46,350 nt of DNA from Lama guanicoe (taxonomy: Eukaryota), in the NCBI GenBank assembly GCA_013239625.1, contig MU054391.1, positions 3,935,130 to 3,981,479 of the forward strand, in the 5' to 3' direction. The position numbers were made by a program, and so were the translations under genes. Positions 1 through 11,075 of this stretch are shown piece after piece. Each line of letters opens with the position of its first letter. Position 1 is the first letter of the stretch. A model generated the notes under the pieces. It ran no database searches. It was not told the DNA's origin and was given only the letters and a program-made list of their open reading frames with translations.

Positions 1-517
1 CTGCAGCCCCTCTAATAAGGCAACGCTCCTTTCTGTCTTTCTTATAAACATGGGCTTCACTTCTTCTCTCTTTACTTCATTTTCCTTACATTCCTGCTCT
101 GCTAAGACTTTCCTAAGCTCAAAACTCAGCTTGCATTCTACCTCTCCCATGAAATTACCCACAATGATGCCTCCCTTCTCCACGATCATTAAATACTGAA
201 GACTTGTACATCAATGTAACACTGTTAATTCTATGTAGTCTCATGTCTTCTGTTTCCTTGGCTTGATTATAAATCCTGAAGGCAAGAGGCCCATCGCACA
301 GTGGGTTAAGCCAATAGAATATGGTAAGTCAGTCAGTATCCTGACATGAAAATGGCAGATATTCTCTGGATCTTGTGGAAGTTCCTCCCTTTCCTTTGCT
401 GCAACATGAAGATGAAATGAAAGTACTTCTCCTTATTTCCAGTGACTATTAGAAGATACGATGCTTCATGTCCTAGAAGGAGGGCTGATTTCATGGTGGT
501 GAATTTTTTCTTATAAC

Positions 518-1057
518 AGTTACTGAACTCAGGTTCAGCTGCTCAAAAAGCCAATAGTTGAGAGGCTAGTGTCAGTAGAAAGGAAAGATGCTTTAATCAG
601 AAAAGCCAGCAGTCTGGGGAGAAGGTGGACTCGGGTCCAGAGACCAACTCCAAGGATGCTACTCAACCACGACAGTTTTTAAAGGGAAGAAATGGGGAGG
701 GTGGAGAATCTCAGTAAATCGCTGAGGCAGGAGGTTGGGTTCTGCATCCTTCTCCACTGCGTGCAGACTGGCTGACTCTCTCTTCAGGTGTCGTCTTGCC
801 CCGTGATCTGCTGCAGGAAGGCTAAGGGGGCTGGTGGGTGTGGGGAGCTAGCCATTCTTTAACTCCTTAATTCTTCATTCTTCTTTTTATCTAGGAAAAG
901 AAGCAACAAGTTAGACAGGTGTGGTGTGCATTCATGAGAGCAAAAGCCAGGAGTTAGTTTAAATAGCCTTGTGACCGCATCCCTAGAATTATGGTCTTTA
1001 TAGGTTAGATGGGGACAGAAATGGGCTAACAGGAAAGGGGCCAAAGAGCTGCTTTCA
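518..1057 (-). mobile_element. ERV1 (gammaretrovirus-like) solo LTR, 540 bp
   Basis: Minus strand starts TGAAAGCAGC (1057) and ends GAACCTGAGTTCAGTAACT (518; terminal CA mutated). TATA-like TTTAAAAA at 683-676, poly(A) signal ATTAAA at 597-592. Identical 4-bp flanks TAAC at 514-517 and 1058-1061 form a TSD of the size typical of ERV1. Confidence 0.85.
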
Positions 1058-1061
1058 TAAC

Positions 1062-2653
1062 TTCTTGGTGAAATTTTGTGTGCCTGACTTGCTTTGTCTT
1101 GCTCTGTATTGTCAAGAACATTGTCAAAAGGGGGAACAGTCAATAGAGAGAAGACCCCAAAATCCATTAACAAAATCTACCCCAAGAACTGAGAAGGTTA
1201 AGGTCTGGTCATGCTGCTGCCCCTTCTTGGACAAACTTTGCCTCAGGGCAGTATTTGAAAATGGTAGGGTGTCTGTTTTTCCTCCATCCTGTCTTTATTC
1301 CTGACAGTTGATTTAAAAGCTGAAATCTTTAACAATGCCTCAGTGAAGAGAGGTAGATTGTCAGGTCTGTGGTCAGAAATGGCCAACTTCTGGCCAGCTG
1401 GCATGAAACAGGATATTCTAAAGGACACGTTCAGCCCACTGCTGGCAATGCCCACCTGATGGTCTTAGTCTGCATCTCAGCCAGGCTGGATGCCTGACTT
1501 CTGTTATGCGTCTTTATAACCCAAATGCTTTCAGCCATCATAAAACGGTACAATATCATCAATTACAATTTCACCAAGGATAATACGCACAGTGTTCAAA
1601 ATGACCAAACTGTCCACCTTAGAATCAGCTCAGAGCAAAAAGTCAGGACGATTCCTGATATTTAATCATCTGTCTTTATCAGCTGGTGTGAAAAATATTG
1701 TAAAAGAAATGTCAGGCTCAAAAATGGCCTCATTAAAGTGGACTTTAAGGGAGAATTTAGCTCCCAACTTCCAACTCTTCCTTTAAACTCACAGAAATTG
1801 TTGTCATTGAATATTGAGGACCAAAATCACTGTTTTCTTAGAGACATACCAGTGCTCAGATTTTGTTAATAAATCCTACCTCTTTGTCCATCTCTTCCTC
1901 AGGGTCAATGCATCGCTAAAGTAGCAGGCACCTCCGTTAGTATCAAAAATCCCCTGCTCCCCAGTCAGCGATGGTTACCTGGACCCCTTGGATGGAGGAG
2001 ATGTTCTTCACTGTTGTGACATGAACCGTCCAACTTAACTGGGAAGCTTTGTTGGCAGAAATAATTGTCAGAGTGGATGCTCCTTGAAAGATCTCTTACT
2101 TGAAGTTTCTGAATTTCCCTCTATTGATGCTCAGATAATAGCTAACATGGTTACTCTTGTGCTTAAACCAGACCCAAACTTGAGTAAGGTAGTAGAGCGA
2201 TCATAGCATCTGTGGCAGAGTTTGGCTATAAATTGGGAATAATAATAATGATAATGGTACCAACTGAACAAGGCCCAGGAAAAAGAACTTAGCACAATTT
2301 GTGGCACCTAGCTCATTCTTCATCACACCATCGTTGGAAGGATGAAAGGGACTCTTGACTGCAAATCCACTTTGTGGATCAGGAAGTTCCCTCCTAGGGA
2401 GACTGGTTCCTTCCAATTCAGTCACAGATGACACCCTTCGCAGACATAGAATGACCACTTCTCTTTCCAAATCAGTCCACTGAAATTCTTCCCATTGAAT
2501 TGTGGAAATTGCTCACATCGTATTACTTCTTATTCAGAGTAAGTAACCAGAGTACAAAGAAACACAGAAAGAACTCCTCCATTTCATTGTTTGAAAAACT
2601 TTAATTTCTTTTAAAAATATATCTCTATTAGAAAGTCACAAATCTGGTTCCCC
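1062..2653 (-). pseudogene. Possible highly decayed coding exon with tentative resemblance to CSPG/Calx-beta repeats (FRAS1/FREM/CSPG4-like)
   Basis: Strong minus-strand acceptor TTTCATTTTCTGTTTTTGAATTTGTAG|G at 2654/2653; no repeat recognised. Translated patches AISTIQWEEFQWTD (2512-2471), GGNFLIHKVDLQSRV (2394-2350) and FFTPADKDR*LNIRNRPDFLL*AD (1695-1624). Many stops and frameshifts; similarity judged by eye only. Confidence 0.25.
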
Positions 2654-2809
2654 CTACAAATTCAAAAACAGAAAATGAAACTTATTGGAAAAATGTTCTG
2701 AATGTGTCCAAAGGCATGTATTTATCACTTGACTTTGTGTCACGTGAAAAATCACCCAGTTTTAGTGAAAAGGATACGTTTGCTCTCAGTTTTGCTTTGT
2801 TAACCAATA

Positions 2810-2900
2810 AAGCTGGGTAAACTTGATCTGTTCTCTTTGCCTCCCTGTTCCACAGTTTCCTCATCTGTAAACCCAGGAGGTGACAATAAACAGCTGTAGA
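2810..2900 (+). mobile_element. MIR SINE fragment
   Basis: MIR core CAGTTTCCTCATCTGTAAA at ~2853-2871. Confidence 0.7.
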
Positions 2901-5249
2901 GTTTCAGCCAATCCCATTGCTACAGAATTCTGCAGTTCTGTGACACCTGTTTTTAGTGTCTCACTTCCAAGTGACTCACGATGTGTCTAACGCCATAGCA
3001 ACCTAGGGGCACTTCGCTGCAGTTAAATCTGAGAGCTCACCAACTACGGCCCGGCCAGCAAAGCTGGCGATCAGCCCAACAGGTTGATGGATCCCGGTTC
3101 TGTGTTTAAAGACAGAGGTTCATTAAAAAGGAAAAAAGGGAAAGAAAAGAGGCAACCCCCTGAAGGACCACTTAACCAAGAATGCGAGAATGCGATGTCA
3201 TTACCACCACGAATAGGTTCCGCGGTATCTACCACAGCTTCACCCGAAGCTTTAGGTTTGGGAACCACGGAGGAATCCTTTTAGACTAAGATTAAGTCAT
3301 CTGTGGCAAGAGAGCACATGCTCCTGCCTCTCTTCCCAGTTCCATACCTGACGCTGAAATGCTGATTAAAGCATTCTGCTGTTTCCTTTGAGCTGGAGAA
3401 ACCACAGTGCTTTGCTTGAAGCCTGCTACCTTGATTAATATATAGGATTCATCACCGAAGAGCAGCAAAAACGTACATTATGCTTTTCTTGATTCTAAAT
3501 ATATGTACTTTTAATCTCTGTATTCAGTCTATGTAACAGCCCGCCAGGGAAGAAAATCAAATTATACACTATACACATAAACCTCGAAAAGTACTGATTG
3601 CTGATTAGAGAAAGGGAAAAAAAAGGATAGAATTGCAAAACGACCCACGAAAAGGCATAGATCTGAATTGTTAAGAACTTATTACCATACTGCTGCTCTC
3701 AGGGAAACGAAACACATCAATATATATTTTAATTAAAGTACGTAGTATTGAGGCAAATCCCACAAAGTTCTTAGTCAGCACCTTTAAAAAATCTTTTATT
3801 TTATCTTTGTTGAAACCAAATGCAAAGTGATTTATTTGCCTGGAAATTTGTGATTTGTGAGGCTGTATAAATCAACCATTTGAGGGTAATTGCTTTAAGC
3901 AGAAAGACATTTGTATTTGGTAAGGCGAGTTAGGGTTTTGGAAGAAATTCATTAGCTTTATGAGAAACTAAAACGCTTGTCGACAAATGAAATATAAATG
4001 TATGGTCTGAAGCTCTATTTTTGGAATGAACCGTTTGAGGAGATGCAATGTTACTTGAAATGCATTAAAGAAAATGTGCATATCGTGTAAGTTTAAATGC
4101 ATGAAGAACTGTGCCGATAACAGTTCTTCCACTCTTGTCAATCAAATAGTTTTCCTTGAAAATTATATTTTATTGGGATTAAACACACTATTCTTTGGAC
4201 CTAAATTAGGCTCCTAATTAGTTATTGATCTGAGCTGGATCAAATAAAGCCAAGCCAAGTCTTTGTCTTCGGGAATAAGGTATAGAAAATTTTCATGGAT
4301 CATAGGGCACATCTCATTAAAGAGATCTGCTCTTAGATAGAAAAATGTGTTATTGCCTCTCTGATTGTTTCAACAGGGTGAGGCCGACCATGCGGAATAT
4401 TTGGAAGAATATTGTGCGTCTGAGTGAGTTTACATCCTTTTGCCTACCTGGAAGTTTGTTATTTCAGAGTCAGAGGTGGAGATGTGGTGTCTCATCATAC
4501 TGGGTGTACAGCAGGGACACTTGTGTTCATTGTAGAGAGAGACGCGGGACTGAGGGACCGCAGACCCAGGGCAGGTGGCCTCTGAGGGCTGCTTCTCGCT
4601 CGCTGGGCAGATACGTTGACTCACTCAGGGAGCACGTCTGGGGCTGGGGGGTGGGGGCGGGGGCCCCGAGGACAGGAGGATTATCCTATGTATGTAGTCT
4701 TTGAATTCCACAAAATTCTCGGCGTATTTTTATTTTTTATCTTTTGTTTCATACTTGTTTCATGATACCAAATGTAAATTCTCCAGAAGTTCTAGGAAAT
4801 TCTATTTTCTCAGATAGATGATTGGCCTAAGGGGTCCTTCTGCGCCTGTCCCGGGAGGTCTGCACCATGTGCTGTTTCGGAGCATCCCTGGTGTCTTGAG
4901 GAGGACGGTACAAATGGGATCGGCTGAGCCTCGAGCCCCTTGTGTGTTTACAACTTCAGAGTTAGAGAACCTCCAAAGTGATTTCTATCTTTTCCATGCC
5001 GGAAGTTTCTGAGGGGAGAATTTGATGATTATGTGTAAAAGCATTGCTCTCTCACCCAAATATGTTTTTAATTTGAGTGTTCATCTCAAAATCTCAAAGC
5101 TTCAAAAGTTAAAAAAAAATTGTTTATTGTCCTAAGTGTACTTTGGCTTATCGGTTTCTTGCCTTGTGCCGATTTTGGAACGTGCTATGGTGTAACCTGG
5201 GAACTGCGGTAAACCTGGGTTCTGTTTTCAATTTGATATAATAAAATAT

Positions 5250-5540
5250 TGCTGGGCTGCTACCAGACCGGTCACTTAGTCAGGCACCAGGTTAAGACAG
5301 GTCAGTCTCAGCCTCAAGAAAGCTTACAGTCCAACAGGGAGGGGAGGCCGATTACACCCAAACAGAGACGGTCCTTGCCTTGGATGAGGGTAAAGAATTG
5401 GAGAAGTGGAGAGAAAATTGACAAATTCTGATTTGAAGAAATGGGGACACAGAGAAGTCAGAACTGAAAACATAGATTTTGGTCTAGATCTTGAAGAATG
5501 AGTTTCAGAGGGGCAGGAACTGGGGTGGAGGAGTGATGGT
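5250..5540 (-). mobile_element. L2 LINE fragment
   Basis: Antisense L2 3'-region motifs (CAGCCTCAAGAAAGCTTACAGTCCAACAGGGAGG; TAGATCTTGAAGAATGAGT). Confidence 0.55.
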
Positions 5541-5699
5541 GGTGTATGTGGATACCACAGTGTACTTGTTTTTTGTTCTGGGACTCACTCGACTTCCTAT
5601 GAGCAAAAAGACCTAAATATTCACCTGGATTAGGTTTGTCACCATCATCATTAAAATCAGTGACAAATGCAAATCAAACGGGGAGGTCGGTATGTTGTG

Positions 5700-6020
5700 T
5701 TGGATGCTTTGCAGAAAGAAGCAAGTCAGTGATGCTCAGCTCTTGAAGATTTTAAAATCTAGGAAAATAAGTCTAAAGTTTCAGCAGGCAGTCCTTTCAT
5801 GTGATGAAATAAAAAGGTACTTATTATCTATCAATATGTTTGAAATTGCACCCCCTTCTGACCCCCAATCCCATCTTAACAGACTTGTTTATTTACAGAC
5901 AAAAATTGTCAAATGATGTCTATACCACAAGAATATTTACTGCAGTGCTGTTTGTAATAAGATGATTGGGAACAACCTGAATTTTCAATAAGGGATCAAC
6001 TATATCAATGTATATCAACT
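5700..6020 (+). mobile_element. Old L1 (L1ME-like) 3' fragment
   Basis: Motifs TTCTGACCCCCAATCCCA, TATTTACTGCAGTGCTGTTTGTAATA and TTGGGAACAACCTGAA resemble the end of ORF2 / 3' UTR of L1M elements. Confidence 0.6.
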
Positions 6021-6059
6021 AAGGAAAAGCAAACTTTTATTTCTTCTGCTTAGAACTCA

Positions 6060-6700
6060 TTTTCTTTTCTCAAACAGGAAAATCCTGTCTTTCATGAATC
6101 TGGAAAATCCTTTGCATTGTTTGCCATTATTTCTTCTCCCTTTTTCTCTCTATTCACTTTTTCTGGAACTCCCATCAGCCAGAAATGGACATTTCCTAAC
6201 ATGTCCACTGTGAGCTGCTGTATTTTCTATCATGGTTTGCTGCCTTCTGGGTAGTTTTTGCACATCTGCCTTTTGAGTTCACTAATACTCTCGTGAATTC
6301 TGTCTAGTCTGCTATTTAAATTATCAATTCAGTTCATTTTATTTTCAATTACCAAAACTGTGATTAATATAAGTTCTATTTGGTTCTTTCTTCAAGCTTA
6401 CATGTTGATTTAGCATATTGCCTCATTCTTCCCAGATGCTTTTTAAGCCCTCTTCTGTCCTTTTAACTGCTTAAAAACACTTGGTTTATCATCTTCTTCA
6501 GCATCTTGTTCTATTACGTCAAGTACTTGAGATGCTAATGGCCTGTGTGTGTGTGTGTGTGCGCGTGCGTGTGTACCTGCTGACTGTAATCTTGACGGAA
6601 TTCCTCATTTTTGTAACTTTGTTTACAGGCCCCTCTTTTGCAGGTTTTGGTCCCAGCTTCTCCTCCAATGGGCTTCTTGTGCGGTAGGAGCTGTTGACTG
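6060..6700 (-). mobile_element. Old L1/HAL1 ORF1-region fragment
   Basis: T-rich strand with TTTTTCTGGAACTCCCATCAG, AGTTCACTAATACTCTC..TGTCTAGTCTGCTATTTAA and AAGTTCTATTTGGTTCTTT, typical of antisense L1M5/HAL1. Confidence 0.6.
6544..6576. repeat. (TG)n/(CG) alternating purine-pyrimidine microsatellite
   Basis: TGTGTGTGTGTGTGTGTGCGCGTGCGTGTGTAC read directly. Confidence 0.95.
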
Positions 6701-7254
6701 GTCTTCAACTTGTTTCTGTTGAGGGTATCATCATCCAAGACTATATTTTCTGCTTTAAAACACTGTTTTCCTTCCTAAAGAGGAAAATGTAATTTGGGAG
6801 TCCAAATCCATAGGAAGTGCATGGTTTAGTTTCTAGTGGAAATTTCTAATGAAAGACACTGTTCTTCCACTGAGGGCGAGATAATCTGTTTTCTTCTCCC
6901 AAGGCTGTTGGACAGATGTTGCTGGCGTTCATTTCTCTGAATCAGTAGCACTTTGAGAGTTCTGGTTTCATGCAAGGATATTATTTCCAATCCCCCACCT
7001 CTCATGGGCTCGAGGCCTTGTCCCCCGCTTGTGTGTGGTCGTGAGAACTCAGAGCGCCCGTGGGGCTGCCAAGGCTCCAGAACCACAGCTGTAATGGTGC
7101 CGGAGCCTCATTCTCTGGCCTTCAGCTACTTCTTCATGTCCCTTTTTAATGGCCATCCCACATAGTCATTACAAATAAACTGAAGTCATCTTTAAGAGAG
7201 GAAGAAGGCAACCTATAGTTTAAAGGGAGATGTTTGCACTACACACATTTATCA

Positions 7255-8255
7255 GTGGGATAGCAGGGAGCCCAGAGAGGCTGCACAGGAGGGAGCAGCG
7301 GGGAGAGCAGAAAGCAGCGAGGCTCCCGGGGAACCCGAGGTCCACATCATGCACGGTTTCTAGACCTCAAAGCTTAGGCTGTATTCTGAGTGAGATGGGA
7401 AGCCACTGTTGGTTTTGAGCAGAGAAGTGACAAGATCAGACTTCGGCTTTAAAAGGGTCACTCGCTGTGTCTGAGCAAAGTCAGAATTAGAACCATCAGG
7501 TAGGAGGCCACTGCAATAACCAAGCAAGAGAGGAAGTGCCTTGGACCAGAGTGTTTAGTGATGGAGGAGGTGCAGTATTGTTGGATTCTGGGTGTGTCGT
7601 GAGAAACAGGGTTTTCTGATGGATTGAATGTGATTCTGAAAGAAGTAAAGGAGCACATTGGCCTTAGCAACTAAAGAATAAAGTCACCAGCAACCAAGAT
7701 AAGGGATGACTTCAGATGAGACAGGTGTTTGGGAAGAATAGGAATTTGAATTTGGATATGTGAAATTAGAAAAATAACTGGAAATGTTGAACAGGTGTCA
7801 AATGGATGAGTTTGGAGTCAGATGAGACACATGGGCTGGTTATATAAATCCAACAGAGACCTACCTTCTGATTGGTATTTAAAGCCCTTAGAGTAGATGG
7901 TGTCACTGAAGCACCAGGGTGGACAGAGAGGTAACTTAGGGATTGAGCCCTGGACACTCACTGACTAAGAGACTGGGAAGGTGGAGAGTAACCTGAGAAG
8001 GAGTGCCCGGTGAGATAGGAGGAAAACCATTGCGATATGGTGTCTTGGAGACTAAGTACAAATCTGCTGCGGGAGGAATCAATGACAACTGTGTCCAATG
8101 CTCTGGTTTGACCAAGACTGAGAACTAATCTTTAAACCTAGCAATGCAGAGGCCATTGGTGTCGTTTGAAAGAGACATTTCACAGTCTCAGTGAGACTCA
8201 ATGCTGAGCAGAGTGGCTCCCAAAGAAAGTGGGTGCTTAAGTATTGGGGAAAGTT
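7255..8255 (-). mobile_element. L2 LINE, left part (3' portion)
   Basis: CTGAGTGAGATGGGAAGCCACTG..TTTTGAGCAGAGAAGTGACAAGATCAGAC, GAATTTGGATATGTGAAATT and ATTTAAAGCCCTTAGAGTAGATG are antisense L2a motifs. Confidence 0.85.
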
Positions 8256-8260
8256 AGTGC

Positions 8261-8760
8261 TGTAGGTGTCCCAGGACCGTTTATCGTGCTATGGTGGTAT
8301 CTGATGTGGCACACAGCAAACGACACTCAAGAGACCAGGCTGCTGAAAGAAAATAGAATGTATTACTTGCAGGTCCCAGAGTGGAAAGCGTAGGACACCT
8401 GGCAGGTCGAGCTAGAAGTTGTGGTGATGCACGGGCTGGACCGGCAGGCGGGAGTGAGAGAGGAGGACCCGTGGGCTGGAGCCTTTGTTGGGGCCCAGGG
8501 CGTTAGCCAAGGGGGTTCCTGTGCTCATGGGGGATTTGTTTACAGGTGATGAGTAGTCTCAGGGCCTGCCTGCTGGGAACCTGAGGGTCTTGGTACCCTC
8601 ACATGTGTGGTGGGTAAAAACAACGTTGGATGCTCAGGTGAGGTTGAGGCGTGAGCCTTATGTAAGTAGGGCAGTGAAACCGGAAGTTCAGTCCTGTTTA
8701 ACTGAGCCCGCATATGGATGCCAACAGAGAACAAAGAGCAGCTGGTAGCAGGTTATGACA
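8261..8760 (-). mobile_element. ERVL-class solo LTR (MER54/MER74-like) inserted into L2
   Basis: TG...CA termini (TGTAGG at 8261, TATGACA ending 8760). Minus strand contains CCCTGGGCCCCAACAAAGGCTCCAGCCCACGGGTCCTCCTCTCTC, resembling this LTR group. L2 resumes immediately after. No TSD recognisable. Confidence 0.65.
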
Positions 8761-9890
8761 CTAAGTAAAGAAAACTTTCTCAATCAGCATTTCTATGTAA
8801 GGGAGCAGAGAAGGGGAAGAAGTGTGGCTGAGAAAGGTCTTCTTTTTGTTTCTCAAGGAGGAGAAAGTGCATCTGTATCAATGGGAAGGGCCCACTGGGC
8901 TGGGACTGAGATGAGGGAAAGGGAGGAAGAGCTTTGCTTAAGCAGTTGCCTGAGGCAGGTGGGAAGGTGAAATGATGGGGTGTAAGAGAGGGATTTGCCT
9001 TAATTAAGGACTTGGGGGGATTTCTTCCATGTAGCAAGAGGAAGCCAGTCAATAAAGACCCAGCTGTAGGATGGTAGTGTTTAGAAATTCTCTTCTGATA
9101 GCCACAATGATCTCAGCAAAATACAAGCAAAGTCTGTAGTTAATGATGAGGATGGAGATGAAGGTGGTGAAGGCATGAAGGGAAAGGAGAATGAATGAAC
9201 TTGTAATCTACAAAATGGAAGAGTGAATAGACTAGGGAAATATACTGCAATGGCCAAACAGCAATGATGGTTCACTTGTAATTGCTGGCACAAATTTTAA
9301 TATGACAGCATTCAGCATGGATGCGTGCCTTTCTCCAGAAGTGATGTGATGTGTGAGCATGGGGCACAGAGTAGGCAGAAAGTCACATTTACCTGGGTTG
9401 TGGTTTTGCCAAATAAATATGACGAAGCAAGAGGGGTGAGGGGGTCAAAGATGAATGAATGCAAGGAGGTTACCATAATAATTGATCGAGGAATTTTAGA
9501 TGGTGACAGAGCCAGGACACCAAGGGAATAAGGAACAGTGGAAGGATGATAGGATCTGTGGATCGGTGGTAATATGGGGATGAAAAGACTATTAGTGCTG
9601 AAATGCCAGGGGCAGTGATCTGGAAGGTGGAGAGGCAGTGGTCAAAGAATGGGACACTTGAATTTGTGAATATGAAGGTATTGTACCCACTATTATGGGC
9701 ACAGTCTTGGGTATAACCATAGGAGGGGGTGGTTGGGGTCCAGCTGACAGCAAGATCATTGAGTGACAGGTCTAAGACTGATGGGGGTTTTGACAGAGTC
9801 ATCTCCACATGTGTCGAAATCACCAACAGCACAGCCAAAGGTACTGTGGGAGGGCACGGCAGAGCACCAGAAGGAGTCCTCGAGGAATGA
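8761..9890 (-). mobile_element. L2 LINE, continuation (ORF2 region)
   Basis: Purine-rich antisense L2 sequence continuing after the LTR (TGTAAGGGAGCAGAGAAGGGG; CCACATGTGTCGAAATCACCAA). Confidence 0.75.
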
Positions 9891-9959
9891 AGACTACCCA
9901 GTAAGTAACCCAGCCTATGAATTTCATTCTCTTCTTAAATCTGCTTTGTTTGCCCCCTT

Positions 9960-10510
9960 GCCTCCTTCAGGTCTTGGGTCCCTCCATCCCAAGACACTAT
10001 ATGTAATTGCCTCCTAACTGAATTTTGTCTTCATGCATCCAGACCTTTCCTTCCTAAATCCATTCCTCATGGAGCCATCAGAGTGGTTAGTTTAAATGCA
10101 GGTCAGATCTTATCACCCCTCTATTTGAGAACTGGGTGTCCCCCATACCCTGCAGATGTCTGAACTCCTCAACCTAGAATTCGAGGTCGTCTATAACCTA
10201 GCGACTCCCTACTGTCTCATGGTCCGCTCTCGGACTTCACATTTCAGCAGTGGAAGCTACTTGCATGTTTCTGCTTCTTTCGTTCTTTGTCTCGTGATTT
10301 TATCTTTGCTCAGCTGGGGCTGTGTCTCCTCCCTCATCACTTCACCCAGTTCTTCATCCACCAGCTCATCATTCAAGTCTCCATTCAAGAACCATACTTT
10401 GCAGGAAACTCTCAAAGCCAGAATGGTGGACACATTACACCAAGGGCACATTTCTTCTCCTATGAACTTGCCAGCAGTTAATGAATATTTGTGGAATGAA
10501 GTAATAATTA
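9960..10510 (+). mobile_element. L2 LINE 3' fragment
   Basis: AATTGCCTCCTAACTG, GTCAGATCTTATCACCCCTCT and the terminal AATGAATATTTGTGGAATGAA L2 tail. Confidence 0.75.
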
Positions 10511-10944
10511 AATAATTGAATTTTGTTCCATTTGAGGGGAAATTCAGAACTTATAGCAAACTAAGATTCCTTAAGTCACATCTCACTTTTTTTTTGATAT
10601 TGTTTTGTATTTTCAAGCCAGTGAAAGAGAAGTAAGATTGAAATAGTGCTTTGTAATACACTACTTAGTCTGGAACAATCCAAGAATGCAAGTCCCAGAA
10701 GTGTACGGACTCAGTCTCCATCTCCCGATGCCAGTTCAAAGACGGTTGCCAGGTTCTGGACCATTTGTTTCTTGTCTGCAGTGCGTAAGGAGCTTGCACC
10801 AGCATCCGAATGCGTATCAACCACGTTCCAAAGCACACTGCTTAGTTCAGCTGAAATGGTTTTTGTAACCAGACTTTCCTGATGGTTCTGTATGTGTTGA
10901 TTTACATCCTGGCACAAACGCCTCATCTTGGCGTTTTGATTAGC

Positions 10945-11075
10945 ATGGGACATTTTATTTTTTATATTATCGTGGGAAGACTGAGGCACAGGGAGTCATG
11001 TGACCTGCCTACGTCCCATAGCACTTTGCTGCACTTAAATTGATGAGTCCTGGCTCTCACCCACCCTTAGAACTG
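10945..11075 (-). mobile_element. MIR SINE fragment
   Basis: GGGAAGACTGAGGCACAGGGAGTCATGTGACCTGCC..TCCCATAGC is an antisense MIR core. Confidence 0.65.

Noticed and set aside
1921..2008. Plus-strand peptides VAG...KNPLL (like the bornavirus L N-terminus) and LDGGDVL (like DDAH)
   Set aside because: Neither similarity extends beyond a few residues, so no support for an endogenous viral element or DDAH retrocopy.
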